A DNA stretch of 64,000 nt from an uncultured Candidatus Pelagibacter sp. (GCA_905612525.1 CAJQSG010000006.1:17665-81664), one strand, 5' to 3'. Numbered from the stretch's first letter, positions 9,767 to 21,790 are shown. Program-made: numbers and translations. The notes: a model not told the origin generated them from the letters alone.

Positions 9767-10000
9767 ATTTTCTCCGTTTTTGTTTATTATTAATAATTAT
9801 TAATTAACAACTTTTATAACTTTTTTGCTCATCTATGTTAATTTTAAACATTTTAGTTAATTATTTTATTTTTTGTTGTAATAATATCACATATATACCT
9901 GTGCTACTAAAATTTATTTATTGTTGCTATTAGTACTTTATATGTCAATTTTCTTTAAAAATAATTATAAGTTGCTATCAACTGTATAAATTAAATTAAT

Positions 10001-10588
10001 ATGACTGAGTTTATCAAAAATATCTCAAAAAATACAACATTTATTACACTTTTCACTTGTTTAATTTTTTTTAACTCATGTGGTATCTATAAAAAATCTG
10101 ACGTTAAGAATAACCCAATCAACGATGCAGACAAAAGAGCAAAAAATGTATTAGAAGGAAGGGGAATAACGCTCGGCGGCTTAGGAAAGAAAAAAAGTGG
10201 AGATTTTGCGTTTGGAACATCTAACGAGATGTGGCGTGCTACAATTAATATTTTAGATTTTGTTCCATTATCAAGTGCTGATTATGGGGGTGGTATAATA
10301 ATTAGTGACTGGTATTCAGATCAAGAAAATTCTTTAGAAGCCTTCAAAATAACCGTCGTATTTCTTTCAAATGAAATTCGAGCAGATGGTTTGGATGTTA
10401 AAATACACAAAAAAATATGCACAAAAAATAACAACTGCAAAGTTGTTTCCCAAACATCGAGCCTTAATACCGAGATTAAGCTAGCAATTTTAAAAAGAGC
10501 CGCGCAAATCAAAAAGGATGATAGAAAAACAATAAATGACGAAGATCGTACATATAAAAAAGAAATTAATACCGATAGAGTCAAATAA
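10001..10588 (+). CDS. DUF3576-family lipoprotein
   Basis: Lipobox-like FNSC; NEMWRATINILDFVPLSSADYGGGIIISDWY; usual position upstream of leuS in alphaproteobacteria. Confidence 0.85.
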   Translation: MTEFIKNISKNTTFITLFTCLIFFNSCGIYKKSDVKNNPINDADKRAKNVLEGRGITLGGLGKKKSGDFAFGTSNEMWRATINILDFVPLSSADYGGGIIISDWYSDQENSLEAFKITVVFLSNEIRADGLDVKIHKKICTKNNNCKVVSQTSSLNTEIKLAILKRAAQIKKDDRKTINDEDRTYKKEINTDRVK

Positions 10589-10612
10589 AACCAATAGACC
10601 TTTATATTCAAA

Positions 10613-13150
10613 TTGAGCAGATATAATTTTAAAGTTACAGAAAATAAGTGGCAAAAATACTGGGCTGTAAATAATATTTTTAAATCAAAAGTTGATTATA
10701 ATAAAAAAAAATTCTACTGCTTGGAAATGTTTCCGTATCCATCAGGTAAAATTCATATGGGGCATGTTCGGAATTATACCATTGGAGATGTTCTTGCTAG
10801 ATATAAAATGATGCAAGGTTTCAATGTGTTACATCCAATGGGATGGGATTCTTTTGGTATGCCAGCTGAAAATGCAGCCAAACAAAATAACCTAGATCCT
10901 GATGAGTGGACTCAAAAAAATATTCAAGTTATGAAATCTCAACTTAAAAGACTTGGTTTGTCTGTTGATTGGGATAAGGAAATATCTACTTGCTCTCCAG
11001 ATTATTATAAACATCAACAGCTATTTTTTTTAGATCTCTTTGACAAAGGGTTAGTTTACAGAAAAGAAAGTTATGTAAATTGGGACCCTGTTGATCAAAC
11101 TGTTTTAGCAAACGAACAAGTAATTGATGGTAAGGGATGGAGATCTGGAGTTCCTGTAGAAAGAAAAAAACTTAACCAGTGGTTCTTCAAAATTTCAAAG
11201 TTTTCTGAAGAATTACTTAATGGTTTAGATGATCTAGATGAGTGGCCAAACAAGGTTAAGGTAATGCAAAAAAATTGGATTGGTAAATCCCTTGGGTGTG
11301 AAATAAACTTTAAAGTCGAAGGAAATTCAGAAATTGACAATATAAAATGTTTTACTACTAGGCCTGATACATTGTTTGGTTTTTCTTTCCTGGCTTTATC
11401 TATCGATCACCCTATTTCGTTATACTATGAAAATGATAAAGAGTTTGCACTATTTAAGAAAAGTTGTTCTAAGACGGGCACTACAGAAGAGTCTATAGCG
11501 CAGGCAGAAAAAATTGGTTATAAAACAAATTTAATGGCAACAAGCCCTTTTGATGAAAATATCAAAGTTCCCATTTATTTTGCAAATTTTGTATTAATGG
11601 ATTATGGATTTGGTGCTGTTTTTGGTTGTCCTGCCCACGATCAAAGAGATTTAGATTTTGCCCTAAAGTACAAACTTAAAATAAAAACTGTAGTTAGGCC
11701 ATTAGATGAAAGTAATGAATTCAAGGTTACTAATGAAGCTTACACGGGTTCAGGCACAATTTTTAATTCTAAATTTCTAGATAATTTAAAAGCCCCTAGT
11801 GAGTCAATTTCAGAAACAATAAAAATATTAGAGGAGAAAAAATTAGGTAAAAAAAAAATTAATTTTAGGCTTAAAGATTGGGGAATTTCTAGACAAAGAT
11901 ATTGGGGATGCCCTATTCCTGTTGCATACAATAAAGATAATCAAATAGTTAAAATACCCAAAGATCAATTACCCTTAAAATTACCAAAAAATATAAACCT
12001 AAAAACCAAAGGTAATCCTCTAGATCATCAAGATGATTGGAAAAAAATAGTCATTGATGGAAAGGTGTGCACTATTGAAACTGATACATTGGATACTTTT
12101 GTTGATTCTTCCTGGTATTTTCTAAGATTTTGCTCAGCCAAAAATGATACGGAAGGATTCAATGTTGATGAAGCTAATTATTGGATGCCTGTAGATCAGT
12201 ATATAGGCGGGGTAGAACACGCTATTTTACACCTTCTTTATTCGAGATTTTTTGTTCGTGCATTAAAATCCAAGTATCTAAAACTAAATTTTATAGAACC
12301 GTTTAAAGGATTATTTACACAGGGAATGGTGTGCCACGAAACGTATAAGGATCAAAAAGGTGCTTGGTTAAACCCTGAGGAAGTTTTTTCAAATGATAAT
12401 AGTAATTTTTATAAAATCTCAGATCCTAAACAAAAAATTTTAATTGGTCCCTCAGAGTCTATGTCAAAATCAAAAAAGAACACTATAGATCCTGAAAAAA
12501 TAATTGAACTATATGGTGCAGACGCTGTTAGACTTTTTATACTTTCAGACAGCCCTCCCGAAAAAGACGTACAATGGTCACAAGATGGAATTTCAGCATC
12601 CTATAAATTTCTACAAAAGTTTTGGCTAATGAATAATAAAATTCAAAACAATAAAAGAAAGTTTTTTTCTTTCAATAAAGAATTAGAAGAATTTACAAAT
12701 CAAACAATTAATAAAATTAATTTAAATTTAGAAAGATTTAGATATAATGTTATTATTGCTAATTTTTATGAAATTTATAATTTTTTAAATAAGGAGATAA
12801 ATAAAGAAGATTGGGGAACTAATTTTACTGTTAACTATCTGAAAATTTTAAAAATTATGAATCCGGTGGTTCCTCATTTTGCCAGCGAATGTATTGAAAA
12901 TTTTGTTAAAGAAAAAGAAATTTTGTGGCCAGAAGTTAATAAAGAATATCTTAATATAAAAAGACATACTATTGTTATACAAATAGATGGAAAAAAAAGA
13001 GCTTTAATAACCACAGAAAAAGAACTTGAAAAAGAAGAGCTTATAAAAGACATAAAGGATAAAAAAGACATTAATAAGTATTTAGAAAAGAAAGAAATAA
13101 TAAAAGTGATATTTATTAAAAATAAACTAATTAATTTAATAATAAAATGA
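10613..13150 (+). CDS. leuS: Leucine--tRNA ligase
   Basis: MFPYPSG, HMGH (HIGH), SMSKS (KMSKS), TTRPDT editing-domain motif; TTG start. Confidence 0.99.
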   Translation: MSRYNFKVTENKWQKYWAVNNIFKSKVDYNKKKFYCLEMFPYPSGKIHMGHVRNYTIGDVLARYKMMQGFNVLHPMGWDSFGMPAENAAKQNNLDPDEWTQKNIQVMKSQLKRLGLSVDWDKEISTCSPDYYKHQQLFFLDLFDKGLVYRKESYVNWDPVDQTVLANEQVIDGKGWRSGVPVERKKLNQWFFKISKFSEELLNGLDDLDEWPNKVKVMQKNWIGKSLGCEINFKVEGNSEIDNIKCFTTRPDTLFGFSFLALSIDHPISLYYENDKEFALFKKSCSKTGTTEESIAQAEKIGYKTNLMATSPFDENIKVPIYFANFVLMDYGFGAVFGCPAHDQRDLDFALKYKLKIKTVVRPLDESNEFKVTNEAYTGSGTIFNSKFLDNLKAPSESISETIKILEEKKLGKKKINFRLKDWGISRQRYWGCPIPVAYNKDNQIVKIPKDQLPLKLPKNINLKTKGNPLDHQDDWKKIVIDGKVCTIETDTLDTFVDSSWYFLRFCSAKNDTEGFNVDEANYWMPVDQYIGGVEHAILHLLYSRFFVRALKSKYLKLNFIEPFKGLFTQGMVCHETYKDQKGAWLNPEEVFSNDNSNFYKISDPKQKILIGPSESMSKSKKNTIDPEKIIELYGADAVRLFILSDSPPEKDVQWSQDGISASYKFLQKFWLMNNKIQNNKRKFFSFNKELEEFTNQTINKINLNLERFRYNVIIANFYEIYNFLNKEINKEDWGTNFTVNYLKILKIMNPVVPHFASECIENFVKEKEILWPEVNKEYLNIKRHTIVIQIDGKKRALITTEKELEKEELIKDIKDKKDINKYLEKKEIIKVIFIKNKLINLIIK

Positions 13151-13617
13151 CTATAAAAAAAATATTATTAATAATAATGATACTAGTAACAACAGGCTGT
13201 GGTTATCAATCTCTATATTCATCAAATGACAAGATGAATTTTTCGATAAGTGAAATTAAGGAAAGTGGGGAAAAAAATATTAATAGAAAAATTATTTCAA
13301 GATTAAATTTAAAAAAAGAAAATGATAGTATTGTTAAATATAATTTAACATTAGATAGCACAAAAAATGAGGAGATAGTAAGTAAAGATAACAGTGGTAA
13401 CGCGCTAACATTTAAAATTTCAATTCAGGTTAATTTTGTTTTGACAGACGTGCAAGATTCAAGTCAAGTATTAAAAGAAAAAACTTTTGCAGCAAACTTC
13501 ACCTATAATAATTCAGATAATAAATTTAATTTGAGCCAATATAACAAAATAATTGAAGAAAATCTGATTGAAAAAATTTCCAAGGATATAATAATTTTTC
13601 TTAACTCTAATGTATGA
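13147..13617 (+). CDS. lptE: LPS-assembly lipoprotein LptE-like
   Basis: Lipobox TGCGY; sits between leuS and holA as in the conserved operon. Confidence 0.75.
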   Translation: MTIKKILLIIMILVTTGCGYQSLYSSNDKMNFSISEIKESGEKNINRKIISRLNLKKENDSIVKYNLTLDSTKNEEIVSKDNSGNALTFKISIQVNFVLTDVQDSSQVLKEKTFAANFTYNNSDNKFNLSQYNKIIEENLIEKISKDIIIFLNSNV

Positions 13618-14609
13618 TTATTAAGTCTTACGAGTTAGAGAATATCAATCTAAAGAAAAATAAAAATTTTTTATTTTATGGGGAAAATCAAGGTTACAAA
13701 AATCAGATAATAGAAGAAAAATTTAAAAAACACTACAAAGAAAATACATATTATTATGAGGAAGGTGAAATCCTTAATAATCAAAATAGTTTTTTTAACA
13801 AAGTTTTATCAAAATCTTTTTTTGAAGATGAAAAATTAATAATTGTAAATAGAGCAAGTGATAAAATCAAAGATATTATAGAAGAATTAATAGAAAAAAA
13901 GATTGATGATTTAATTCTAATATTAAATGCAAACACACTAGAAAAAAAATCGAAGATTAGATCCTTATTCGAGAAGCATCGGAATACTTTTTCTGTACCT
14001 TTTTACGAAGATAATGATCAAACCTTATCCAATATTGTGAATAGTTTTTTCAAAGAGAAAAAGATTCCTATTTCACAGCAATCTATTAATTTAATAGTTC
14101 GAAGAGCAAGAGGAGACAGACAAAATATAAAAAATGAACTTGAAAAAGTGTCAAGTTTCATAGGAAATAAAAATAAAATAGAAATAAAAGATCTTCTTAA
14201 ACTTACTAATCTAGCAGAGAATTATAACGTATCTGAGCTGGTTGATTGTTGTTTATCTAAAAATAAAAAGAAAACTATTAATATATTAAATGAGAATAAT
14301 TATTCATTGGAAGATTGTATTTTAATTATTAGAACTTTTTTAGTTAAAGCAAAAAGACTGAGTAAATTAAACCAGCAGTTACTTGAAACAAAAAATTTAG
14401 AAGCAACGATTGCTGCATTTAAACCACCTATTTTTTGGAAGGACAAAGAAGTTGTAAAAGATCAAATTAAAAACTGGTCATACAAAGAAGCTAGAAATTT
14501 GGTGTTCCAAATTAATGAAGTTGAACTTTTGATTAAAAAACACTCGTATAGCTCATTAAATATTTTATCAGACTTTATTATCGATAAAGCTAAATCAATT
14601 AATAGTTAG
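13614..14609 (+). CDS. holA: DNA polymerase III delta subunit
   Basis: LFYGEN, ELEK, KPPIFWK; leuS-lptE-holA synteny. Confidence 0.9.
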   Translation: MIIKSYELENINLKKNKNFLFYGENQGYKNQIIEEKFKKHYKENTYYYEEGEILNNQNSFFNKVLSKSFFEDEKLIIVNRASDKIKDIIEELIEKKIDDLILILNANTLEKKSKIRSLFEKHRNTFSVPFYEDNDQTLSNIVNSFFKEKKIPISQQSINLIVRRARGDRQNIKNELEKVSSFIGNKNKIEIKDLLKLTNLAENYNVSELVDCCLSKNKKKTINILNENNYSLEDCILIIRTFLVKAKRLSKLNQQLLETKNLEATIAAFKPPIFWKDKEVVKDQIKNWSYKEARNLVFQINEVELLIKKHSYSSLNILSDFIIDKAKSINS

Positions 14610-15447
14610 ATTTAACAATCTCAATAATTTTATTTAATTGATCAATATCTTTATATTCAAATATTATTGAACCAGTATTATTTTTTTTATTTTTGATAAG
14701 GACATTTAGCCCAATTTTTTCAGTAACTGAGGATTCAAGTGCTTGTAAGTTTGGGTCGTTTGAGGGTTGAAAAGATTTATTTTTTGTTTTGAATATTTTT
14801 ACAAATGCTTCTGCTTGCCTAACTGAAAATCTCTTATCAATTATTTTTTTTGCAATAAAAACTGAATTTTCTAAGCCTACTAGTATTTTTGCATGTCCTG
14901 TTGTTAATTGTTTGCTTTTAATAAAGTTTAAGATTTCTTTTGGTAAAGTCAAAAGTCTTAAAAAATTTGCTATGTGACTTCTACTTTTCCCAATGAAATT
15001 GGAAATTTTTTCTTGATCATATAAAAACTCATCAATTAATCTTTGATAACTTTCTGCTTCTTCTATTGGATTAAGATCATGTCTTTGAACGTTTTCGACA
15101 ATTGCTAATTCCAAAGATTTTAAATCATCTGCCTCTGTTACAACAACTGGTACTTCATGCAAACCTGCTCTCTGAGCTGCTAACCACCTTCTTTCACCTG
15201 CAATAATCTCATAATTAGATTCAGAACTACTAGATTTTCTGACAATAATTGGCTGAATAATTCCTCTTTCTTTTATAGATTTTGTTAAATCATTTAGGTT
15301 ATCTTCATCAAATATTTTTCTTGGCTGTAACTTATTGGGCACCAAATTACTTATTTGTATTTTATTAATATTTTGTTCTAATTTTGTTTCACCGATCAAA
15401 GATGACAATCCTCGACCTAAACCTTTTTTAATTTTATTTGCATCCAT
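14599..15447 (-). CDS. parB: Chromosome partitioning protein ParB
   Basis: GLGRGLSSL N-terminus, QPRKIF, IIAGERRWLAA, ENVQRHDLNPIEEA, HTH. Confidence 0.98.
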   Translation of the reverse strand: MDANKIKKGLGRGLSSLIGETKLEQNINKIQISNLVPNKLQPRKIFDEDNLNDLTKSIKERGIIQPIIVRKSSSSESNYEIIAGERRWLAAQRAGLHEVPVVVTEADDLKSLELAIVENVQRHDLNPIEEAESYQRLIDEFLYDQEKISNFIGKSRSHIANFLRLLTLPKEILNFIKSKQLTTGHAKILVGLENSVFIAKKIIDKRFSVRQAEAFVKIFKTKNKSFQPSNDPNLQALESSVTEKIGLNVLIKNKKNNTGSIIFEYKDIDQLNKIIEIVKSNY

Positions 15448-16241
15448 TAAGCATCACCCCCTATTAATTGTTCTTGATTAATAAATTCGTCCGTAAAACT
15501 AAAATATGATTTACTACCAAGGCATGATTTGTCATAAATCAAAACTGGCATTCCATGAGATGGTGCTTCTGATAGCCTTACATTTCGAGGAATAATTGTA
15601 AGATAAACTTTTTCTTTAAAATAATCTCTTGCTTCTTTTTCTACCTGTGAAGAAAGTTTGTTTCTTTTATCATACATCGTTAAGAGTATGCCTCTAATTT
15701 TCAATTTGGGATTAAGACTCACTTTTATTCTTTCAATTGTTTTCATTAACTGAGTTAGCCCCTCTAAGGCAAAGAATTCAGTTTGTAAGGGTACTACAAG
15801 AGAATGTGATGTCACTAAAGCCATGACGGTCAGCAAACTTAGTGACGGCGGGCAATCTATTAACATATAGTCGTAAGATGCTCTAGAATCATTTATAAAT
15901 GCGGTTAATTTAACCTTCAATATAAATGCTCGCTCATTATCACCAGCTGTTTCAGCCTCTAATCCTGACAAGTCTACGTTTGAGGTAATAATATCCAAAT
16001 TTTTGAACTCCGTGTGTTTGATTACTTCTGGAAGTGATTTTGTTCCATTCAATACTCCATAAATTGTCTCACTAGAGTCTTCTAGATTTGACAATCCTAA
16101 TCCTGTGGTTGCATTTCCTTGTGGATCAAGATCGATTACTAAAACTTTTTTTTTTTGTAGTGCTAAACCGGCAGCGAGATTAATTACAGTAGTTGTTTTC
16201 CCTACCCCGCCCTTTTGATTAATTATAGAAATAATTTTCAT
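15447..16241 (-). CDS. parA: Chromosome partitioning ATPase ParA/Soj
   Basis: NQKGGVGKTTT deviant Walker A, DLDPQGNAT, DCPPSL, RLSEAPSHG. Confidence 0.98.
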   Translation of the reverse strand: MKIISIINQKGGVGKTTTVINLAAGLALQKKKVLVIDLDPQGNATTGLGLSNLEDSSETIYGVLNGTKSLPEVIKHTEFKNLDIITSNVDLSGLEAETAGDNERAFILKVKLTAFINDSRASYDYMLIDCPPSLSLLTVMALVTSHSLVVPLQTEFFALEGLTQLMKTIERIKVSLNPKLKIRGILLTMYDKRNKLSSQVEKEARDYFKEKVYLTIIPRNVRLSEAPSHGMPVLIYDKSCLGSKSYFSFTDEFINQEQLIGGDA

Positions 16242-16242
16242 T

Positions 16243-16890
16243 CTATTTTTTATTTTTTTTTTTAATATTTTTTATATTTAATAAAAATGAATCTTCACTT
16301 GTAATGCTTTGTTTTTTTTCAAAATTGAAATCCCAAATTTTTAAAGCGTCTTCTAAAACTGTTTTCCCATTCTTACCCATAAATATAATTAAATTATTAT
16401 AACTACTAAAATTTTTATAAACCAATTCTAAAATGATTGGTAACGGTTTAAAGGCTCTAGCGATTATTGTATCTGTATCTATAATTTGCTCTTCAAAAAT
16501 ATTTTTTTGTATTATTTCCGTTTTAAGCTTTAGCTCTCTAGATACATCTCTTAAAAAAACACTCTTATGGTGGCTCTTTTCAAATAACTTAACTTTTCCT
16601 GATTTCTTTAAATTTTTAAGCATAATTGATACAATTATTCCAGGCATGCCTCCGCCGGATCCTATATCAGTTATGATATGGCTATTTAAATCAATAAAAT
16701 CAATGACTTGTGCACTATCTGTTATGTGTCTATCCCTGATTACTTCATTTTTTGTAGTGTTTTTGCTTATAATGTTGATTTCTCTATTTTTTTTTTGGAG
16801 CATGGAAAGAAATATCTCAAACTCGATAAATGTTTCACGTGAAACATTTTGATCTTTTAGGAGTGGATATTTCTGTAAAATTTCTTCCAT
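16243..16890 (-). CDS. rsmG: 16S rRNA m7G527 methyltransferase RsmG (GidB)
   Basis: RHITDS, DIGSGGGMPG SAM motif, ARAF; between mnmG and parA. Confidence 0.95.
   Translation of the reverse strand: MEEILQKYPLLKDQNVSRETFIEFEIFLSMLQKKNREINIISKNTTKNEVIRDRHITDSAQVIDFIDLNSHIITDIGSGGGMPGIIVSIMLKNLKKSGKVKLFEKSHHKSVFLRDVSRELKLKTEIIQKNIFEEQIIDTDTIIARAFKPLPIILELVYKNFSSYNNLIIFMGKNGKTVLEDALKIWDFNFEKKQSITSEDSFLLNIKNIKKKNKK
16831..16846. promoter_or_regulatory. parS: parS centromere-like site
   Basis: Perfect palindrome TGTTTCACGTGAAACA matching the bacterial parS consensus, inside rsmG next to parAB. Confidence 0.95.
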
Positions 16891-18761
16891 TAAGCTGTAA
16901 GCTTAATAGACTTTCTTTTTACATGTGACAACAAAATATATACAGCAGCCGGCGTTATACCGTCTATTCTGAGTGCTTGTCCCATAGTTTTTGGTTTTAT
17001 TTTTTTAAATTTGGCTTTTACCTCATTTGACAGACCAGAAAGGTTGTCATAGTTAACGCTATCTGGAATAATTAAATTTTCATCTCTTTTAAAGGCTAAA
17101 ATGTCTGCCTTTTGTTTTTTAAGGTACCCTCTGTAATGAGCGTTTATTTCTATTTGTTCATCAATTTTTTTATCAAAAAATGGTATATCCGGCCAGATCT
17201 CTCTAATTTTTTTCATATCAACATCTTTTTGGGCTAATATTTCATTAGAATTTCTAAATATGCCATCCTTTGCTATTTTTATCTCAAAATCTTCGATTTT
17301 TGTAGGTGATATTAAAGATTTAAGCATTATTTTAGATATTGTAATTATTTTTGATTCTTTATCTTTAAATGAATTCTTTCTATCCCTAGACACTAAACCA
17401 ATAGCAATGCCTTTATTTGTTAATCTTTGGTCGGCATTATCTGCTCTTAGGCTTAATCTATATTCTGCTCTTGAGGTAAACATTCTGTAAGGTTCAGCAA
17501 CACCCTTAGTAACTAAATCATCTATCATGACACCGATGTAAGCGTCGGATCTATCTAAAATAAAAGGTTCTTCTTTCTTAAAGGATAACGCAGCATTTAT
17601 ACCTGCAATCAAACCTTGCGCTGCAGCTTCTTCATAACCAGTAGTTCCATTAATTTGTCCAGCAAGATAGAGATTTTTTAACTTCTTGGTCTCAAGAGTT
17701 AAAAAGAGTTCTCTAGGGTCTATATAATCATATTCTATTGCATATCCTGGTCTAATAATCTTAACATTTTCTAAACCACTGATATTATTACATATTTCTT
17801 GTTGTATATCCTCAGGCAGAGAAGTTGATATTCCATTTGGGTATATTGTATGGTCGTTAAGACCTTCGGGCTCTAAATAGACCTGGTGTCGATCTTTGTC
17901 AGCAAATTTTACCACTTTATCTTCTATTGAGGGGCAGTATCTTGGGCCAACACCCTTAATTTTTCCTGAATACATGGCACTTCTTTTTAAATTTTTTTGA
18001 ATTATTTTATGGACCTTTTCGTTGGTGTAAGTCATTCGACATGAAACTTGTTTGTTTAAATTTTTTTTAGTCAAAAAGGAAAAGAAGTAAGGATCGTCAT
18101 CCGCAAACTGTTCCTCTAAGTTATCATATTTAATTGTTCTTGCATCCAATCTTGGTGGTGTTCCTGTCTTAAGTCTTCCTATTTTAAAATTATATTTTTG
18201 AAGTTGCTCACTTAAACCTGTTGTGGGTTTCTCATCAAACCTTCCAGCAGGAGTTCTCTCATCACCAATATGAATTAAGCCATTTAAAAAAGTTCCTGTT
18301 GTTAGAATAAGCTTTTCACAAAAAATTTTTTTACCTGATTTTGTTTCAAAACTACTTATAGTGTTTTTATTAAAAATAAAGTTGACAACTGGATCAGCAA
18401 AAACGTTTAAATTACAATGGTTTAACAGTTTTTTTTGCATATATTTACGATAAAGAGATCTATCTGATTGTGTCCTAGGTCCTTGGACGGCTGGACCCCT
18501 ACTTCTGTTTAACAATCTAAATTGTATACCTGATTTATCTGCAATCTCTCCCATCACGCCATCTAGTGCATCTATCTCTCTAACTAAATGACCTTTGCCA
18601 AGACCACCTATAGCTGGGTTACAAGACATCTCTCCTATGGTTTCAATTTTGTGAGTGAAAAGGGCTGTGTTAACTCCTAGACGTGCAGATGCAGCAGCAG
18701 CTTCGCAACCTGCATGACCTCCACCAATTACAACAACATCAAATAACAATTCGTTTTTCAT
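16890..18761 (-). CDS. mnmG: tRNA uridine-5-carboxymethylaminomethyl modification enzyme MnmG (GidA)
   Basis: [47 protein letters not shown]. Confidence 0.99.
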   Translation of the reverse strand: MKNELLFDVVVIGGGHAGCEAAAASARLGVNTALFTHKIETIGEMSCNPAIGGLGKGHLVREIDALDGVMGEIADKSGIQFRLLNRSRGPAVQGPRTQSDRSLYRKYMQKKLLNHCNLNVFADPVVNFIFNKNTISSFETKSGKKIFCEKLILTTGTFLNGLIHIGDERTPAGRFDEKPTTGLSEQLQKYNFKIGRLKTGTPPRLDARTIKYDNLEEQFADDDPYFFSFLTKKNLNKQVSCRMTYTNEKVHKIIQKNLKRSAMYSGKIKGVGPRYCPSIEDKVVKFADKDRHQVYLEPEGLNDHTIYPNGISTSLPEDIQQEICNNISGLENVKIIRPGYAIEYDYIDPRELFLTLETKKLKNLYLAGQINGTTGYEEAAAQGLIAGINAALSFKKEEPFILDRSDAYIGVMIDDLVTKGVAEPYRMFTSRAEYRLSLRADNADQRLTNKGIAIGLVSRDRKNSFKDKESKIITISKIMLKSLISPTKIEDFEIKIAKDGIFRNSNEILAQKDVDMKKIREIWPDIPFFDKKIDEQIEINAHYRGYLKKQKADILAFKRDENLIIPDSVNYDNLSGLSNEVKAKFKKIKPKTMGQALRIDGITPAAVYILLSHVKRKSIKLTA

Positions 18762-19009
18762 AACTTAAATTTATAACTGATCCAAATTATTACAAGATTA
18801 GAGTGGAAATTAATAAAATCATTTTTCATATTATTTCATACAAAAAAAATGTTAAAAATCCCTTAAAATATAATAAATAAGTGTTGTTTATCAACAATAA
18901 GTAGTCAAAATCTGTTAAAAAAACCCACAGAAACTACCTTTTGTATAAAAATAAAATTTGTTGATGGTGTTAGCTTATTTGAGAAAAAACAATCTTAAAA
19001 AAAAAAATT

Positions 19010-20341
19010 TTATTTTCCAATGCAAAAATTACTAAAAATACTACCTAAAATTTCTTCGACATCGACTTTTCCGACTATCATTCCAAGGTGTCTTGTAGCT
19101 AGTCGTAGATCTTCAGCCGCCTTATCAAAATCTTCTGCTTGATTTTTTTCTTCAAAATTTTTTAGGTAAGTTAAGCTTTGTTCCAGGTGTTGCCTATGTC
19201 TTTCGCGCGTAATTAAAATGTCGTCATTGGTAATAAATTTTTTTTTTAACTTGTTTTTTATCTTTAAAATTAGTCCGTCAATATTCAGATTGTCTTTTAC
19301 CGAAATTAGAACATGATTGAAATTTTTAATTTTGGAATTTAGATCTTTATTTAAAAGGTCTGATTTATTCACGACAAGAATTGCACTTTCATCCATTAAA
19401 TCCCTTAAAACTCCTTTAAAATCAAGACTTCTAGCGTCTATTACAATAAGTTTTAAATCTGCATCTTCTGCTTTATCCAATGCTAATTTTACCCCTTTTT
19501 TTTCAATTTCATCTATGGACTCTCTAATACCAGCTGTATCGGAAACAATGACAGGATAGCCATCAATATTTAAATGTGTTTCAATTACATCTCTAGTGGT
19601 TCCAGCTATTTCTGAAACAATTGCAACATCTCGGTTTGAAAGATGATTTAACAAGCTTGATTTACCAGCATTAGCCGGTCCTACAATTGCGATTTTAAAA
19701 CCATCTCTAATTCTCTCTCCAACTCTTTGATCGTCTAAAATTTTTTTTATATCTAAATAAACCTCATTAGTGTTTTTTTTAATATTTTTTAAAATTGTTT
19801 CTGGTAAGTTTTCATCTGGGAAGTCTATCTTAGCTTCTACATTCGATAAAATTTTTAGAAGTTTTTCTCTTAACTCATTAAATTTATTTGCAGACTTGCC
19901 ATTCATTATCCTTACTGCTTGTTGTCTTTGAATTTCAGTTTCTGCGGAAATTAAATCTGCAATGCTTTCTGCTTTAAGTAAATTTATTTTTCCATTTTGA
20001 AAAGCAAGCTTTGTAAACTCTCCTGGTTCTGCTAAGCGACAATTTTCTATTTGTGAAATAGATAGGTGTAGAGCATCAATTACTGCTTTGCTCCCATGTA
20101 TGTGGAATTCAGCCATATCCTCACCTGTGTAGCTCTCAGGGCCAGGAAACCATAATATTATTCCTTCATCAATAAGCTCGGAAGTGTTGATTTTATTGAT
20201 TTTTCTTAGTGTGGCTACTCTTGGAATCGGAAGTGGTTTATTGGTTAATATTTGAATTATTTTTTCAGTGTCTTCTCCAGAAGATCTAATAATTGCCACA
20301 CCAGAAATACCAGGTCCTGTTGATAGGGCATAAATTGTCAT
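19010..20341 (-). CDS. mnmE: tRNA modification GTPase MnmE (TrmE)
   Basis: SYTGED, GPANAGKSSL, GTTRD, DTAG, NKSD, C-terminal FCIGK. Confidence 0.99.
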   Translation of the reverse strand: MTIYALSTGPGISGVAIIRSSGEDTEKIIQILTNKPLPIPRVATLRKINKINTSELIDEGIILWFPGPESYTGEDMAEFHIHGSKAVIDALHLSISQIENCRLAEPGEFTKLAFQNGKINLLKAESIADLISAETEIQRQQAVRIMNGKSANKFNELREKLLKILSNVEAKIDFPDENLPETILKNIKKNTNEVYLDIKKILDDQRVGERIRDGFKIAIVGPANAGKSSLLNHLSNRDVAIVSEIAGTTRDVIETHLNIDGYPVIVSDTAGIRESIDEIEKKGVKLALDKAEDADLKLIVIDARSLDFKGVLRDLMDESAILVVNKSDLLNKDLNSKIKNFNHVLISVKDNLNIDGLILKIKNKLKKKFITNDDILITRERHRQHLEQSLTYLKNFEEKNQAEDFDKAAEDLRLATRHLGMIVGKVDVEEILGSIFSNFCIGK

Positions 20342-20347
20342 GCCAAG

Positions 20348-20377
20348 ATTATAGCTTCAATTTTATGCATCTGTAAA
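20348..20377 (-). promoter_or_regulatory. Putative sigma70 promoter for a leaderless mnmE transcript
   Basis: Minus strand TTTACA-N18-TATAAT-6 nt-ATG; no SD present. Confidence 0.5.
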
Positions 20378-20402
20378 ACTTAAAATGATTCGAAAGATAA
20401 TA

Positions 20403-21671
20403 TTAAACTGGTTTATTCATCGAATTAAAGAAATCTGCATTACTTTTTGTTTCTTTAAGTTTTGAATTTATAAATTCGATTGCATCCATCGTTCCCATTG
20501 GGCCAATAATTCTTCTAAGAACATTCATTTTTGAAAGGTCATCTTTATCAAAAAGCAATTCTTCCCGTCTTGTTCCAGATTTAGTAATATCTATCGCTGG
20601 ATAAATTCTTTTCTCTGCAATTTTTCTATCAAGTACCGTTTCACTATTTCCAGTTCCTTTAAATTCTTCAAAAATAACCTCGTCCATTCTACTTCCAGTA
20701 TCAATTAATGCAGTTGAAATAATTGTTAGTGATCCACCCTCTTCAATATTTCTTGCAGCACCAAAAAATCTTTTTGGTCGTTGCAGCGCATTTGCATCAA
20801 CACCACCTGTTAAAACTTTTCCTGAGCTTGGTATTACAGCATTATAGGCTCTACCCAATCTTGTTATTGAGTCCAATAAAATTACCACATCTTTTTTGTG
20901 TTCAGTTAATCTTTTTGCTTTTTCAATTACCATTTCTGCAACAGCTACATGTCTTGAAGCTGGCTCATCGAATGTAGAGCTAATAACTTCACCCTTAACT
21001 GTTCTTTGCATATCCGTTACTTCTTCTGGTCTTTCATCAATAAGCAAAACCATCAAGTAACTTTCTGGATAATTTTTGGCAATTGAGTTTGCAATGCTTT
21101 GTAAAATCATTGTCTTACCCGCTTTAGGGGGTGAAATTATAATTGATCTTTGGCCCTTTCCAATTGGACTTACAAGGTCGATTAGTCTTGGAGTTAAATC
21201 TGGTTTCTTTTCTATTTTGGTAGTTTCAACTTCCATTACCATTTGTTTGTCTGGGTAGAGTGGAGTTAAATTATCAAATGCAATTTTATGACGAGCCTTT
21301 TCGGGTTCCTCAAAATTTATTTTTTTTACTTGTAATAAAGCAAAGTATCTTTCTCCTTCTTTTGGGGCTCTAACCGGACCCTCGACTGTATCTCCAGTTC
21401 TTAAACCAAATTTTCTTATATGACTTGGGCTTACATATACATCGTCTGGTCCAGGTAAATAATTTGATTCCATTGCTCTCAAAAAACCAAATCCATCTTG
21501 AAGTAATTGTAAAACTCCCGCCCCTGTAACCTCTTCCTTTTCAGCAACCTTTTTTAATATAGCAAATAAAATTTCTTGTTTTCTAAGTGTGCTAGCATTT
21601 TCAATACCAAGCTCTTCTGCTTGGGTAATTAGTTGTTCAGATGATTTTAATTTAAGTTCTTGTATATTCAT
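20403..21671 (-). CDS. rho: Transcription termination factor Rho
   Basis: DGFGFLR, GKGQR...[24 protein letters not shown]. Confidence 0.99.
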   Translation of the reverse strand: MNIQELKLKSSEQLITQAEELGIENASTLRKQEILFAILKKVAEKEEVTGAGVLQLLQDGFGFLRAMESNYLPGPDDVYVSPSHIRKFGLRTGDTVEGPVRAPKEGERYFALLQVKKINFEEPEKARHKIAFDNLTPLYPDKQMVMEVETTKIEKKPDLTPRLIDLVSPIGKGQRSIIISPPKAGKTMILQSIANSIAKNYPESYLMVLLIDERPEEVTDMQRTVKGEVISSTFDEPASRHVAVAEMVIEKAKRLTEHKKDVVILLDSITRLGRAYNAVIPSSGKVLTGGVDANALQRPKRFFGAARNIEEGGSLTIISTALIDTGSRMDEVIFEEFKGTGNSETVLDRKIAEKRIYPAIDITKSGTRREELLFDKDDLSKMNVLRRIIGPMGTMDAIEFINSKLKETKSNADFFNSMNKPV

Positions 21672-21790
21672 GAATAGGGAGGAGTTAAAATTATATTAGA
21701 TAAAATAAATATATATACTCTTTAAATTATTACAAGCTTAGATCTCGGTGCTCTTTAAAACTCAATAAAATAGGGCATTTTATAGAGTAT

